Below are positions 1-9,276 of a stretch of DNA of 64,000 bases, piece by piece (within the stretch, counting starts at the first letter, position 1; every line of letters starts with the position of its first letter). The DNA is from a virus (Duplodnaviria > Caudoviricetes). The stretch spans positions 32,001-96,000 of the IMG/VR virus record IMGVR_UViG_3300025121_000014; one strand, 5' to 3'. Made by a program: the position numbers and the translations under genes. The notes beneath the pieces are model-generated. The model worked only from the letters and a program-made list of their open reading frames with translations, was not told the origin of the DNA and made no database searches.

Positions 1-603
1 GTTTAGCAAAATCAACAGCATCTTTATATTGGTTTGCTTGCGCACCGCCTTCTTCTTCTGTTGTTTTATCATAAATATATATGATTTTATTATTACCAGA
101 AATTTTAAAATCTATAGATTTTGTTGATAATGATTTATCATAATTAAGGTTATTAATATACATCAATTTACCATCACATAAATATAAAGCATCATTTCCT
201 TTATCTGGTAATTTTACAATATTATAACCGTTATATTCTATAAATGATTTTTTAAAACTTTCACAAGTGTTTTGCTTTTTAGTGTTTTTAATTAAAATTG
301 ACATTATAATTTCATCAGCTTCAGTTAAATCATCTATTCTATCGTATGAAATTATTCTATCTATAAAATTATTACATTTAATTTCAATGTTATCTTTATC
401 TAGACCACTATTATATAATATACTATCTAATTTTTGAATATATTCACTTTTATTTTTTTCTTTTGTATTGATTTAAAAACTATTTTTAATTTATCTTGTA
501 ATTTTTCTACAGATAAATATCTTACTACCTTATTTAATTCTAATGGTATTTCACCATTTATTATACTTTCATTAACTTTATCAAAATTGATATTATTCGT
601 CAT
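1..603 (-). pseudogene. PD-(D/E)xK restriction-endonuclease-like gene, runs off the window edge, apparent frameshift near 460
   Basis: ATG at 603 reads MTNNINFDKVNE... and stops at TAG (428-426). A second frame, open from about 472 to the edge, carries KNTKKQNTCE...KSIDFKI...YDKTTEEEGGAQANQYKD, a REase-like KSxDF/GGAQxNQ signature. The switch lies in the A-rich run CAAAAGAAAAAAATAAAAG. Confidence 0.45.
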
Positions 604-755
604 CTCCGAATCACATATTATTTTTTAATCCTTTTTAACGGATTAATACTTATATATGATTTACTAAAATTAGTTTGTTTTTTTATTTTAGATTTCATAT
701 TTTTATTTTTCTATAAAATATAGTTTAAATCAAACAAATTGTTTAAAATTAATAT

Positions 756-805
756 ATGAACTATCCACTAAACTGAAGAATTAACTGTTTTCTTTTATAT
801 GTCAT
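756..805 (-). mobile_element. 50-bp non-autonomous IS200/IS605 mini-element (PATE/MITE-like, fused left and right ends)
   Basis: Minus strand reads TTTAT|atgacatata-AAAGAAAAC-agttaattcttcagtttagtgga-TAGTTCAT. It has the same target spacing, left-end motif, hairpin core (tcttcagttt) and right-end TAGTTCAT as the two full TnpB elements. Confidence 0.7.
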
Positions 806-881
806 ATAAAAAATTCATAATGAAGAAAACATTAAATGAATTTAAAAATTAATATATAGTTTTAAAAATAATATTAATCAA

Positions 882-1688
882 ATGATAATAAAGTTTAATG
901 AATATATATTGGAAGCAAAATTAACAGAAGGTTATGATGATTATATACGTCAATTTAATAGTATATATTCTTTAATTAAAGACATTGGTGGTACAGTTAA
1001 TCCAATTGAGTTGAAAGCTAAAAAATCTTTTTTAAAAAAAGATATAGATGCTTTTATAGAAAGAATAACAGAAGATAATATATCATCGACTGATATAGAT
1101 AAAATTCAACAATATATTAAAGATAAAAAGAAATTACTACATAAAAAATTATTTAATTTATTTGAAAATTTAGATAATATTAAAAGAGATATTAAAAGAA
1201 AAAAATTAAGAAAAACACAAGAAAGATTTGTCGAAGATAATCCAATAATTAATGGATTAAATAAAATAGATACATTAGAAAGTTTTTATAATAACATAGA
1301 GACTTTATTAAAAGATAATAGTAAAACTGATGTTCTATTTTTCTTATATGGTTTATTAGCATACTTCAATAATAATTCATTAAGTCGTGTAGATTTATTT
1401 AGTTTTATTTCTATGCATGATGATGAAATGACAGGAAATCTTATTAGAAATTTGAATTGGGAAATGGCAACATGGGATGATAAAAAATATGACCAATGGC
1501 ATTATATTGGTGGAGTTATGAATCAATTATTTAGGGGAACTGATAAATTTACAGATACAGATTTAAAAGAAGAAAATCCATATACTGATAGAGAAAATGC
1601 TATTTATGAAATATCAGATGAATTCTATTCATATATAAAATCAGTCTTAGTAAAATTTGTGGAAACTGGACAATTTGATTTAATTTAA
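882..1688 (+). CDS. Hypothetical protein with capsid-targeting-like N-terminus (MIIKFNEYILE)
   Basis: 268-aa ORF with TTAATATATA upstream at 849-858. It ends 7 bp before the CRISPR array. Confidence 0.75.
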   Translation: MIIKFNEYILEAKLTEGYDDYIRQFNSIYSLIKDIGGTVNPIELKAKKSFLKKDIDAFIERITEDNISSTDIDKIQQYIKDKKKLLHKKLFNLFENLDNIKRDIKRKKLRKTQERFVEDNPIINGLNKIDTLESFYNNIETLLKDNSKTDVLFFLYGLLAYFNNNSLSRVDLFSFISMHDDEMTGNLIRNLNWEMATWDDKKYDQWHYIGGVMNQLFRGTDKFTDTDLKEENPYTDRENAIYEISDEFYSYIKSVLVKFVETGQFDLI

Positions 1689-1695
1689 ATTATTA

Positions 1696-2325
1696 GTTGT
1701 ATCTACCTATCATTCCAAGGTTATATCCAACATTGGTAGTATAAATAGGGATGATTGTTATGTTGTATCTACCTATCATTCCAAGGTTATATCCAACGAA
1801 ACAAGTTTTTTCTGAATTACAGACACTGTTGTATCTACCTATCATTCCAAGGTTATATCCAACTAATTATAAAAATGAAAAGATAATGTAAGGGTTGTAT
1901 CTACCTATCATTCCAAGGTTATATCCAACACTGAATATTTATGGTATTCCGTCTGAAGCGTTGTATCTACCTATCATTCCAAGGTTATATCCAACTCGAT
2001 GGTAAATGCCTTAAACGGTATTAGAGTTGTATCTACCTATCATTCCAAGGTTATATCCAACCATAATCTAATAATGGAATATTACTCCCTCGTTGTATCT
2101 ACCTATCATTCCAAGGTTATATCCAACATATTGGGAAGGTGAACTATTAGCAGGTTCGTTGTATCTACCTATCATTCCAAGGTTATATCCAACGTATTAT
2201 GTGATACTTTTTGTTCTTTATCAGTTGTATCTACCTATCATTCCAAGGTTATATCCAACAAATGATATTTTTAATATACCTATGAACTTGTTGTATCTAC
2301 CTATCATTCCAAGGTTATATCCAAC
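1696..2325 (-). CRISPR. CRISPR array: 10 identical 36-bp repeats and 9 spacers of exactly 30 bp
   Basis: Repeat GTTGTATCTACCTATCATTCCAAGGTTATATCCAAC (+ strand) starts at 1696, 1762, 1828, 1894, 1960, 2026, 2092, 2158, 2224 and 2290 (66-bp period). Minus orientation is inferred from the adjacent effector and tracr-like region, not proven. Confidence 0.98.
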
Positions 2326-2476
2326 CTATGACCATTTAAATACTTAGTTTAAAGATAGTTAGTGAGTGCTTACTGAAATTAAAATATATAATAAAAATAC
2401 AAATGAAACATAAGTCTCTTTATTTTTTAATTTCTACCTCACCGTAAGGGCATACAATTGCCCCATCTAAATATTA
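2326..2476 (-). ncRNA. Candidate tracrRNA/leader between cas12f and the array
   Basis: Minus strand has the hairpin GGGCA-AUUGUA-UGCCC (2448-2463) and a 10/12 anti-repeat CTAACTATCTTT (2351-2362). Position and length are as expected for Cas12f1 tracrRNAs. Confidence 0.5.
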
Positions 2477-3739
2477 TCAAAGAACTTTTTCTTTATTTTT
2501 TAATTTATAATATTGTGTATTTTCATATTTATCAACATATAATTTTGATTTGGCAATATTATATGCTGCATTATAATCAGAATCTATATTTTCATTGTGT
2601 ATTTTACACTTATCATTTTGACATATAAATGTATCCCCATTTCTTTCCCCTATTTCCCCACATATAGAACATATTTGACTAGTATGATAAGGATCGACAA
2701 ATTTCAAGTTTATTCCATAAGAATCTACTTTATATTTTAACTTGTCTATAAAATTAGAAATTGGCCAATATCTAGAAAAAAATGAATTCTTATCAATATT
2801 TCTATTTAATAATTCCATATTAATCTGTTCTACTTTATACTTTATACAAAAATCAATAACCTGTTTACTTAATTTATGTAAAGCAGTATTAGTAAAATTA
2901 ATTTCTTTTTTTCTGATAGTGTCTAAATATTTTAATTTTCTATTTCTACCGTGTCCACCTTTTGCCATAACCATAGATTTCTGGTATTCTCTTCTTTTCT
3001 TATTAATATCCATCTTTACACGGATTAAATCATCAGAATGAATTGATTTTTGTACATGTATATTATCATTTAATCTTATTGATACAAATCGTCTAACACC
3101 TAAATCGATGCCACATACTCTACCTTTTACTTTTTCGTAATCTTCAGATTCTGTTTCATATGTAAATATTATATAATAATGTTTGTCTCTTTTATTGTAT
3201 GTTACGTTAAAAACTCTATTAATATTTAGTGATTTATCATTTTTATCCATTAATCTTTCTAATAGTTTTTTGTTACCACTTTTATCTTTACCAAATAATA
3301 GTTTAAAATCTAATCCATTTTTTATTCTTAATATGATATCATCATTTACATTATGAAAATTTGGATTAATCCCACCACTATTAAATTGGTATATAATAGG
3401 TGCTCCATATTTATATAATCTAGGTGTTCGTTTACCTTTAAATAATCCGTTTTTTATGTCATTAGAAAAATCTTTCTTAACCCTATGACATATATTAGAT
3501 AATATAGCTGTTGGGAATGTTGGATGCAAATCTCTTACAGAGTGATATACTTTTGTTGTTTTTGCAGATTTTACTGGAATAATACTTTCTGACAATTTTT
3601 GTTTTATAAATACCCATTCGTGTGAATATGCATCATTATATATTTTATTTGTTTGATACATTAAATTATTTATATAATCAAATGTATTTTTATTTAATGG
3701 CACTATTCTTATTTTTACTGCGGATATGTATTTATTCAT
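2477..3739 (-). CDS. cas12f: Miniature type V CRISPR effector, Cas12f1-like (TnpB-derived RuvC nuclease), 420 aa
   Basis: RuvC-I GIDLG, RuvC-II INMELL, Zn finger TSQICSICG...CQNDKC and RuvC-III DSDYNAA. The segment AKGGHGRNRKLKYLDTIRKKEINF resembles AsCas12f1 ARGGHGRDKRIKPIEQLRDKIANF as recalled. Directly adjacent to the array. Confidence 0.85.
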   Translation of the reverse strand: MNKYISAVKIRIVPLNKNTFDYINNLMYQTNKIYNDAYSHEWVFIKQKLSESIIPVKSAKTTKVYHSVRDLHPTFPTAILSNICHRVKKDFSNDIKNGLFKGKRTPRLYKYGAPIIYQFNSGGINPNFHNVNDDIILRIKNGLDFKLLFGKDKSGNKKLLERLMDKNDKSLNINRVFNVTYNKRDKHYYIIFTYETESEDYEKVKGRVCGIDLGVRRFVSIRLNDNIHVQKSIHSDDLIRVKMDINKKRREYQKSMVMAKGGHGRNRKLKYLDTIRKKEINFTNTALHKLSKQVIDFCIKYKVEQINMELLNRNIDKNSFFSRYWPISNFIDKLKYKVDSYGINLKFVDPYHTSQICSICGEIGERNGDTFICQNDKCKIHNENIDSDYNAAYNIAKSKLYVDKYENTQYYKLKNKEKVL

Positions 3740-3758
3740 ATTATTGTTTCTTTAATTA

Positions 3759-3790
3759 TAAAGATAAACTAAAAAATAATAAAAACCAAA
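3759..3790 (-). promoter_or_regulatory. Bacteroidota sigmaA-like promoter upstream of cas12f
   Basis: Minus strand TTTG-N20-TATCTTTA, one mismatch to the -33 TTTG / -7 TAnnTTTG consensus, about 20 nt upstream of the ATG. Confidence 0.5.
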
Positions 3791-3837
3791 TATTTTATAA
3801 AATATTTTATATATAGATGTAAAAATAAAAACATTAA

Positions 3838-6800
3838 ATGTTAGACTTTAAATTATTCGAAAATGTTGCTCAGGCTAAGTCTTTTTTAAGACAAAATAAT
3901 ATTCCTGAAACCGATTCATTATACCAATTAGTAAGAAAATCATTTAAAGGTAAAGAAGGTTATGTCGGTTGGATTACTAAATTAATATATCGTATGTTAG
4001 CTTTTGAATCTAACGGAAAATATTTGGCACTTGATAAAAATTCTTTGATTGATAGTACAGTTAATAGTAGTAATATTATTAATAATACTTTAAATCGCGC
4101 TAAAAGACAGTTTGATATATTACTTGATTATTTATCTGAAAAAGAAGTTATAGATAAATTAGAAAAACCTGTAATTGAATATGAAACATTCGAACAATTT
4201 GTTGATGCCTTTATAATTGCTGAAGATAAACTTAAAGCTAAAAGAATTTATGATGAATTTCCTGCTGAGCAAAAGAAATTAATTAATATAAACATTGATT
4301 ATAAATTATTAAAACAATTACATGATAAAAAAAATAAAAAAATATTTATTAAAAAAATATCATCGTATCATGATAGAAAAAATTTAATATCTAGAATAAC
4401 TGCATTTATTAATGAAGTAATCGATGATAATTTTAATAATAAAATAAAATATTTAAAAAATAATAAATTAGAAATTGTTCACCAGAGTGAAAAAGATAAT
4501 ATTATTATTGCTAAAATATTTAACTACCAACAATGTTCAATAGTAGGTGCTGAAACATCTTGGTGTATAGCAAGAGATTCTAATACTTATAGTAATTATA
4601 TAAAGAACGATTTAGATAGACAATATATTATTTATTTAACTGATAAACCACCAACAGATAATGAAAGTATTATTGGTGTTACTTTTAAATTAAATTCTTA
4701 TTATACTGCACATTATAAAGATGATGCATATTTAACTGAATCAAAACTTAATGAATTGTTTGAACAAAGAAAAGTTGATAAAAAAATATTTAAAATTAAA
4801 AAAAGTGAAATAAATGAACATAATATTAAAAATGTTAATCCATATGGTTTATTTAAATTAGGATTTACAAAAGATGAAATTATAAATAAAAAAGGTAAAG
4901 AATATTTAACTGGAATGCAAATTTTATTATTAAAAGAAATGGGGTTTACAAAAGATGAAATTAAAGAATATTCTCATTTTAGAGATCCATTAGAAGATAT
5001 AAAAAAAGTTGGATTTACAGAAGAAGAAATAGAAGAGTTGGTACCTAATTTAAAACAAAAAAATATTGAAGAATTTATAGAAGCTAAATTATCAAAAGAA
5101 TTTATAATGAAATATATAAATTTCGATACTTTATATGTTCATAGTTTATTACATATGTTTACAAAAGAAGAAATTTTAAATAATAAACAAGTATATGTTG
5201 AATCAGAATTAGATAGTTTTAATCAAGAACAAATAAAAAAATATGATTTAAATAATAAAGTAAGATTAGATGGTTATACAATTAGTGTAGATGAATTAAA
5301 AAAATATATTAAAACTGGTGAAATTTATAAAATTATAAATAGATTAGAACCAAAATCAATATATTTATTTAAATTAATTAATGCTGGTTTAAATTTAAAC
5401 GATTTACAACAAATAAAGAATCTTTATGAAAAATTAATTGATATTGATCGAGATTTTTATAAAAAACATTGTTATAAACCAAAAGAAGAAACGAAAACGA
5501 ACGAATATAGAATATATAGTTCGAATACATTTTATTTAGATCATACTATAAAAAAATTAAAAATATATAATATTACACCAGATGATATATCATTAGAAAA
5601 ATTAGAATATGTGTTAAATGGAATATCACATTTGGCGGTTCCAAGAGTTGTTAACTTTTTAATAGAACAAGAATATTCTTATACTGAACAAGAAATTAAA
5701 AATTTTTTACTTAAAATTATACATATTAATGTTGATAAAAAAGAACTATTTAAAAGTGGCATAGAAGCTGGTATAAATTTTTATCCAGAATTAATGATAT
5801 TTTATCTTGAAAATAACGATGTAATTGATCCACGTGAATTTGATACCGCTAAAAATCTTCTAAGCGAAAAATACCCAGATAAATGGGAAATTATTGAAGA
5901 TAAACAAAAAAAAGCTATATTTATTAAACATACATTACGTCAAGCAGGATATTTGGCTATAGGTTCACAATATGATGATTTTGGTGATTGGGATACTGAA
6001 CGCAAAGATTATGCATTAAACTTAAATTGGAAAAATGAAATGAAAGGTGAAAATGAATATTTAGCATATGTAGCAACAATAATAATTTTAGCATTAAATG
6101 ATGATTGGGAAAGTTTATATAAATTACCACAATGGGATTGGGGAGATAATACAACTAATGTTGGTGATAGTTTAGATAATTATAAAGTATATTTATCTTA
6201 TTTAGTTAGAACTATATTAGGTGCAAATGTTACAAAATCATATTCAAAATTTAGAGAAACAGACGAATTAACAAAAAATCAAATAAGTAAAATATATACT
6301 TGGATAATGAATTATGTATGGCCAACTATTGAAAATAAAGAACAACAAGAACCAGAATTACAATTAGCTTATTATCTTCTTGATAAAAAAAGATGGAATG
6401 ATTATTTACAAAGAACTAAAAAGAAAAAAATGAATTATTTTCGTAAAGATAGTTATTGGATATCATACTCTGATAAAAAAATCGGAACAAAAGAAATAAA
6501 AATGACATATAGATTTTATAACATTGCACAAGTTGTAGAATATTTATGTAATGATAGAAAATATATAAATTCACCATATTATAAAAGTATTCCTAAAACA
6601 AATATGGAATTAGATAAATTATTATTTGAATTCACAGATGGAATAACAATGGGTAAAAAAGAATTAAAAAAAACAATATCAACATTATATCGAATAAATA
6701 TTTGGAATGATAATAAAGATAGAACAAAAATAATAAATGATATATTTAATAAATATATTCCTATAATAAATGAAAGTATAATGACCAATTATGATAACTT

Positions 6801-6846
6801 TATATATAATTTAAAATTTAATAATCCTAAGAATGTTAGACTTTAA
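3838..6846 (+). CDS. Large hypothetical protein (1002 aa) with an SWCIA (PcfJ-like) motif and CTS-like N-terminus
   Basis: Long ORF containing CSIVGAETSWCIARD...QYIIYLTD. N-terminus is MLDFKLFE. Confidence 0.8.
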   Translation: MLDFKLFENVAQAKSFLRQNNIPETDSLYQLVRKSFKGKEGYVGWITKLIYRMLAFESNGKYLALDKNSLIDSTVNSSNIINNTLNRAKRQFDILLDYLSEKEVIDKLEKPVIEYETFEQFVDAFIIAEDKLKAKRIYDEFPAEQKKLININIDYKLLKQLHDKKNKKIFIKKISSYHDRKNLISRITAFINEVIDDNFNNKIKYLKNNKLEIVHQSEKDNIIIAKIFNYQQCSIVGAETSWCIARDSNTYSNYIKNDLDRQYIIYLTDKPPTDNESIIGVTFKLNSYYTAHYKDDAYLTESKLNELFEQRKVDKKIFKIKKSEINEHNIKNVNPYGLFKLGFTKDEIINKKGKEYLTGMQILLLKEMGFTKDEIKEYSHFRDPLEDIKKVGFTEEEIEELVPNLKQKNIEEFIEAKLSKEFIMKYINFDTLYVHSLLHMFTKEEILNNKQVYVESELDSFNQEQIKKYDLNNKVRLDGYTISVDELKKYIKTGEIYKIINRLEPKSIYLFKLINAGLNLNDLQQIKNLYEKLIDIDRDFYKKHCYKPKEETKTNEYRIYSSNTFYLDHTIKKLKIYNITPDDISLEKLEYVLNGISHLAVPRVVNFLIEQEYSYTEQEIKNFLLKIIHINVDKKELFKSGIEAGINFYPELMIFYLENNDVIDPREFDTAKNLLSEKYPDKWEIIEDKQKKAIFIKHTLRQAGYLAIGSQYDDFGDWDTERKDYALNLNWKNEMKGENEYLAYVATIIILALNDDWESLYKLPQWDWGDNTTNVGDSLDNYKVYLSYLVRTILGANVTKSYSKFRETDELTKNQISKIYTWIMNYVWPTIENKEQQEPELQLAYYLLDKKRWNDYLQRTKKKKMNYFRKDSYWISYSDKKIGTKEIKMTYRFYNIAQVVEYLCNDRKYINSPYYKSIPKTNMELDKLLFEFTDGITMGKKELKKTISTLYRINIWNDNKDRTKIINDIFNKYIPIINESIMTNYDNFIYNLKFNNPKNVRL

Positions 6847-6997
6847 ATTATTAGAATATTTAAATGCTTATAAAATAGATTATATTAATGATAATGATAG
6901 AAAAAGAAAACTTAAAAATATAGTTAATAATATATTCCAATTAAAAGAAAATACTATATCTAATTTTAATTTATTTAAGCATAAATTATTGATTTAA
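6833..6997 (+). CDS. 54-aa ORF starting with a copy of the preceding gene's 5' end (not in ORF track)
   Basis: Reads MLDFKLLEYLNAYKID...HKLLI*. Bases 6833-6852 are identical to 3838-3857 (atgttagactttaaattatt). Confidence 0.5.
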   Translation: MLDFKLLEYLNAYKIDYINDNDRKRKLKNIVNNIFQLKENTISNFNLFKHKLLI

Positions 6998-7324
6998 TTT
7001 TTTTCTTGGTATATAAGATGGTTCTTTTATACCATATTCTATAATTGATTTATATATCGGATTATTAAATTTATATAAAGTATTATCAGTATCAAATTTA
7101 GTTGTAATATATTTTTGTATATATACAAAATCTCTTTGAATATATGTTAATCTTTTATAATTTAAACTTATAAATATACATACAGGATAGTAAGAATTTG
7201 CTCTATTTCCGGAAAAACCAAGCCAATAAAAACCCTTATTAATAAGATATTTTTGTAGTTCATAATATTCATATTCATTAAAACACACAACTGCAATTGA
7301 TCCATATTCATATTTATATATCAT
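6986..7324 (-). CDS. Small paralogue 3 of a tandem family (C-terminal P-x-Y-x-P-R motif)
   Basis: MIYKYE...EPSYIPRKKLNQ, with ATGA overlap with the upstream paralogue. Confidence 0.75.
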   Translation of the reverse strand: MIYKYEYGSIAVVCFNEYEYYELQKYLINKGFYWLGFSGNRANSYYPVCIFISLNYKRLTYIQRDFVYIQKYITTKFDTDNTLYKFNNPIYKSIIEYGIKEPSYIPRKKLNQ

Positions 7325-7662
7325 ATCTTATATCTTGGTATATAATTTGGTACTTCAGTACCATATTTCAATATATGTTTAAGAATATTAATATTATTTT
7401 TATCATATATAAAAGTATTTATAAAATAATTATTATTTCTATTTCTGAAATTTATATATTCTCCTATATTTTTAAAAGAACTACCTTGCATGACGTGATA
7501 TGTAACAACTTTTTTATTTAAATAAATTAATAAATAAATTGGAAGTACATATGGAGTACTTAACATAACTGATATATTATTATCTACGAGAATGTTTTTA
7601 ATATAATTATAATCGATTATATCTATAACATTATATACTATAACATCATATTTAAATTTCAT
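7321..7662 (-). CDS. Small paralogue 2 of a tandem family
   Basis: MKFKYD...EVPNYIPRYKI, with ATGA overlaps on both sides. Confidence 0.75.
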   Translation of the reverse strand: MKFKYDVIVYNVIDIIDYNYIKNILVDNNISVMLSTPYVLPIYLLIYLNKKVVTYHVMQGSSFKNIGEYINFRNRNNNYFINTFIYDKNNINILKHILKYGTEVPNYIPRYKI

Positions 7663-8036
7663 TTTCTTTTACTTCTTGGTCTATAATCAGGAGTAGCAAT
7701 TTTAATACCTAAATTTATTATGTTTTTTAAAATGCTTAAATTATTTTTTTTATTAATTTTTTTATAAACAGTAGGATCTATATTATAATATATAATATTT
7801 CCATGTTCGTCATTAAATGTTGAAATTTTATTATTTCGTAAAAAATATCCATATATTGGATAATATATCGATATTTTTTTAACTATTTTAATTTGTAAAA
7901 AAATTACTAAATAATCATTATTAGATTCATAATTAGAAGTAAAACGATATCCTTTATTTATAAGATACGTTTTAATATCTTGAAAATCATCGTAATCTCT
8001 TGGTTTATAAATTACTACATTGTACTTATATTTCAT
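7659..8036 (-). CDS. Small paralogue 1 of a tandem family
   Basis: MKYKYN...ATPDYRPRSKRK. Confidence 0.75.
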   Translation of the reverse strand: MKYKYNVVIYKPRDYDDFQDIKTYLINKGYRFTSNYESNNDYLVIFLQIKIVKKISIYYPIYGYFLRNNKISTFNDEHGNIIYYNIDPTVYKKINKKNNLSILKNIINLGIKIATPDYRPRSKRK

Positions 8037-8088
8037 TCTTTCTTTTTTGACTTATGTGATGGTATCATAATATTATATTTATATATTG

Positions 8089-8119
8089 CAAAGATAGTAA
8101 AAAATAATAAGCATACAAA
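8089..8119 (-). promoter_or_regulatory. Consensus Bacteroidota sigmaA promoter
   Basis: Minus strand TTTG-N19-TATCTTTG(CA), an exact match to the -33/-7 consensus, upstream of the three-paralogue operon. Confidence 0.75.
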
Positions 8120-8137
8120 ATTGTTTATATTTAACTA

Positions 8138-9037
8138 TCATTTTAATCTATATCCTTTTTTAGTTTTTTCTAATATATTACAAATTGGTGCATTATTTTT
8201 AGCAAATTCATATCCATCTTTCCATAATTTAGTCATTTCTTTTTTATTAAAATTTAATGAATTTAAATTTGGAATATATGGAATACGATAAATATTTAAT
8301 TGTATATTTCTTTGTGTTCCTTCTAATTTACTTATTGATATATCATTGTTATTTATTTCAAAATTCATTAATGATATTGTTTTACTTGCAATATCAAATA
8401 TATTTTTAGATTTTTTGGTATCTTCTCTATATTCTGATGATAAAATAAAAATGTCGATTACATCACATTTTTCATCTATTGCTTTTTGAACTGGTATAGG
8501 TTCTAATATCCCACCATCTAAATATTCACATTCATTTTTTACAACAATATCAAAAGCAATAGGAACACTTGCTGATGCTAACATCCATTCACAAAAATCA
8601 AAATATGTTTCACGTCCTAATTTTTTATATTCTACTATCGATTTAGTCATATTAGATACCGTAATAAACACATCTTTACTATTTAAACTATAATAATCTT
8701 TTACGGTTAATATTTTTTTTATTTCTTTTAATAAATTAGATGCATCACCTAATGATGTTTTACCTAAAATTATTCTTTTTATTGCATTGAAAACTTTTAA
8801 TTTACCTTTTGAATTGTAAGGCACTACACTAAAAATATCACTATTAGTAACATTTGTATATTTATCTTTTAATTCATCTATTTTTCCAAGTGATATAAGA
8901 GGAATTAATAACGCTCCCGTACTTGTCCCAACCAATACATCCCAATCCATATTTTTTTCTTTCATAAGATATTCTACACAACCACCTGCAAATGAACCTT
9001 TTACCCCTCCCCCTGAGATTACTAATCCTCTTTTCAT
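8138..9037 (-). CDS. Patatin-like phospholipase
   Basis: Intact GGGVKG, GTSTG (GxSxG nucleophile) and DGG motifs. Confidence 0.92.
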   Translation of the reverse strand: MKRGLVISGGGVKGSFAGGCVEYLMKEKNMDWDVLVGTSTGALLIPLISLGKIDELKDKYTNVTNSDIFSVVPYNSKGKLKVFNAIKRIILGKTSLGDASNLLKEIKKILTVKDYYSLNSKDVFITVSNMTKSIVEYKKLGRETYFDFCEWMLASASVPIAFDIVVKNECEYLDGGILEPIPVQKAIDEKCDVIDIFILSSEYREDTKKSKNIFDIASKTISLMNFEINNNDISISKLEGTQRNIQLNIYRIPYIPNLNSLNFNKKEMTKLWKDGYEFAKNNAPICNILEKTKKGYRLK

Positions 9038-9276
9038 ATTAATATTATTATTTTAATATTATATATTAAATTAAAAAACTTTATATTATTTTGATAATAT
9101 AAAATTTAATTATTTAAATGCGATAATTTCAATCCAAATAATTTAAAAAAAGATAACTTCAATATGAAAACAATTAACAAAGTCAACTTAAACACAACAA
9201 AAAATCCTTTAATCTTTTAATAGAAGATATAAACAATTACTTAGAATTAAAATTCAAAACTTATAATAATCCATCA

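Noticed and set aside
2093-2347. 84-aa ORF with LYLPIIPRLYPT repeats
   Set aside because: It is a translation of the CRISPR repeats and spacers.
2432-2438. TCTACCT match to the repeat in the cas12f-array interval
   Set aside because: Only 7 nt, and in the same orientation as the repeat, so it is an anti-repeat only if the array is transcribed from the plus strand. Insufficient alone.
2477-3739. Nuclease-dead Cas12f/TldR-type transcription regulator
   Set aside because: All three RuvC acidic motifs appear intact, a true array is adjacent, and no sigma-factor partner gene was seen.
1696-6846. Cas13b or Cas9 effector for the VI-B-like array (e.g. the 1002-aa ORF)
   Set aside because: The 1002-aa protein shows no paired HEPN RxxxxH, RuvC or HNH signatures that I could identify, and it carries a CTS-like start and late-type motif instead.
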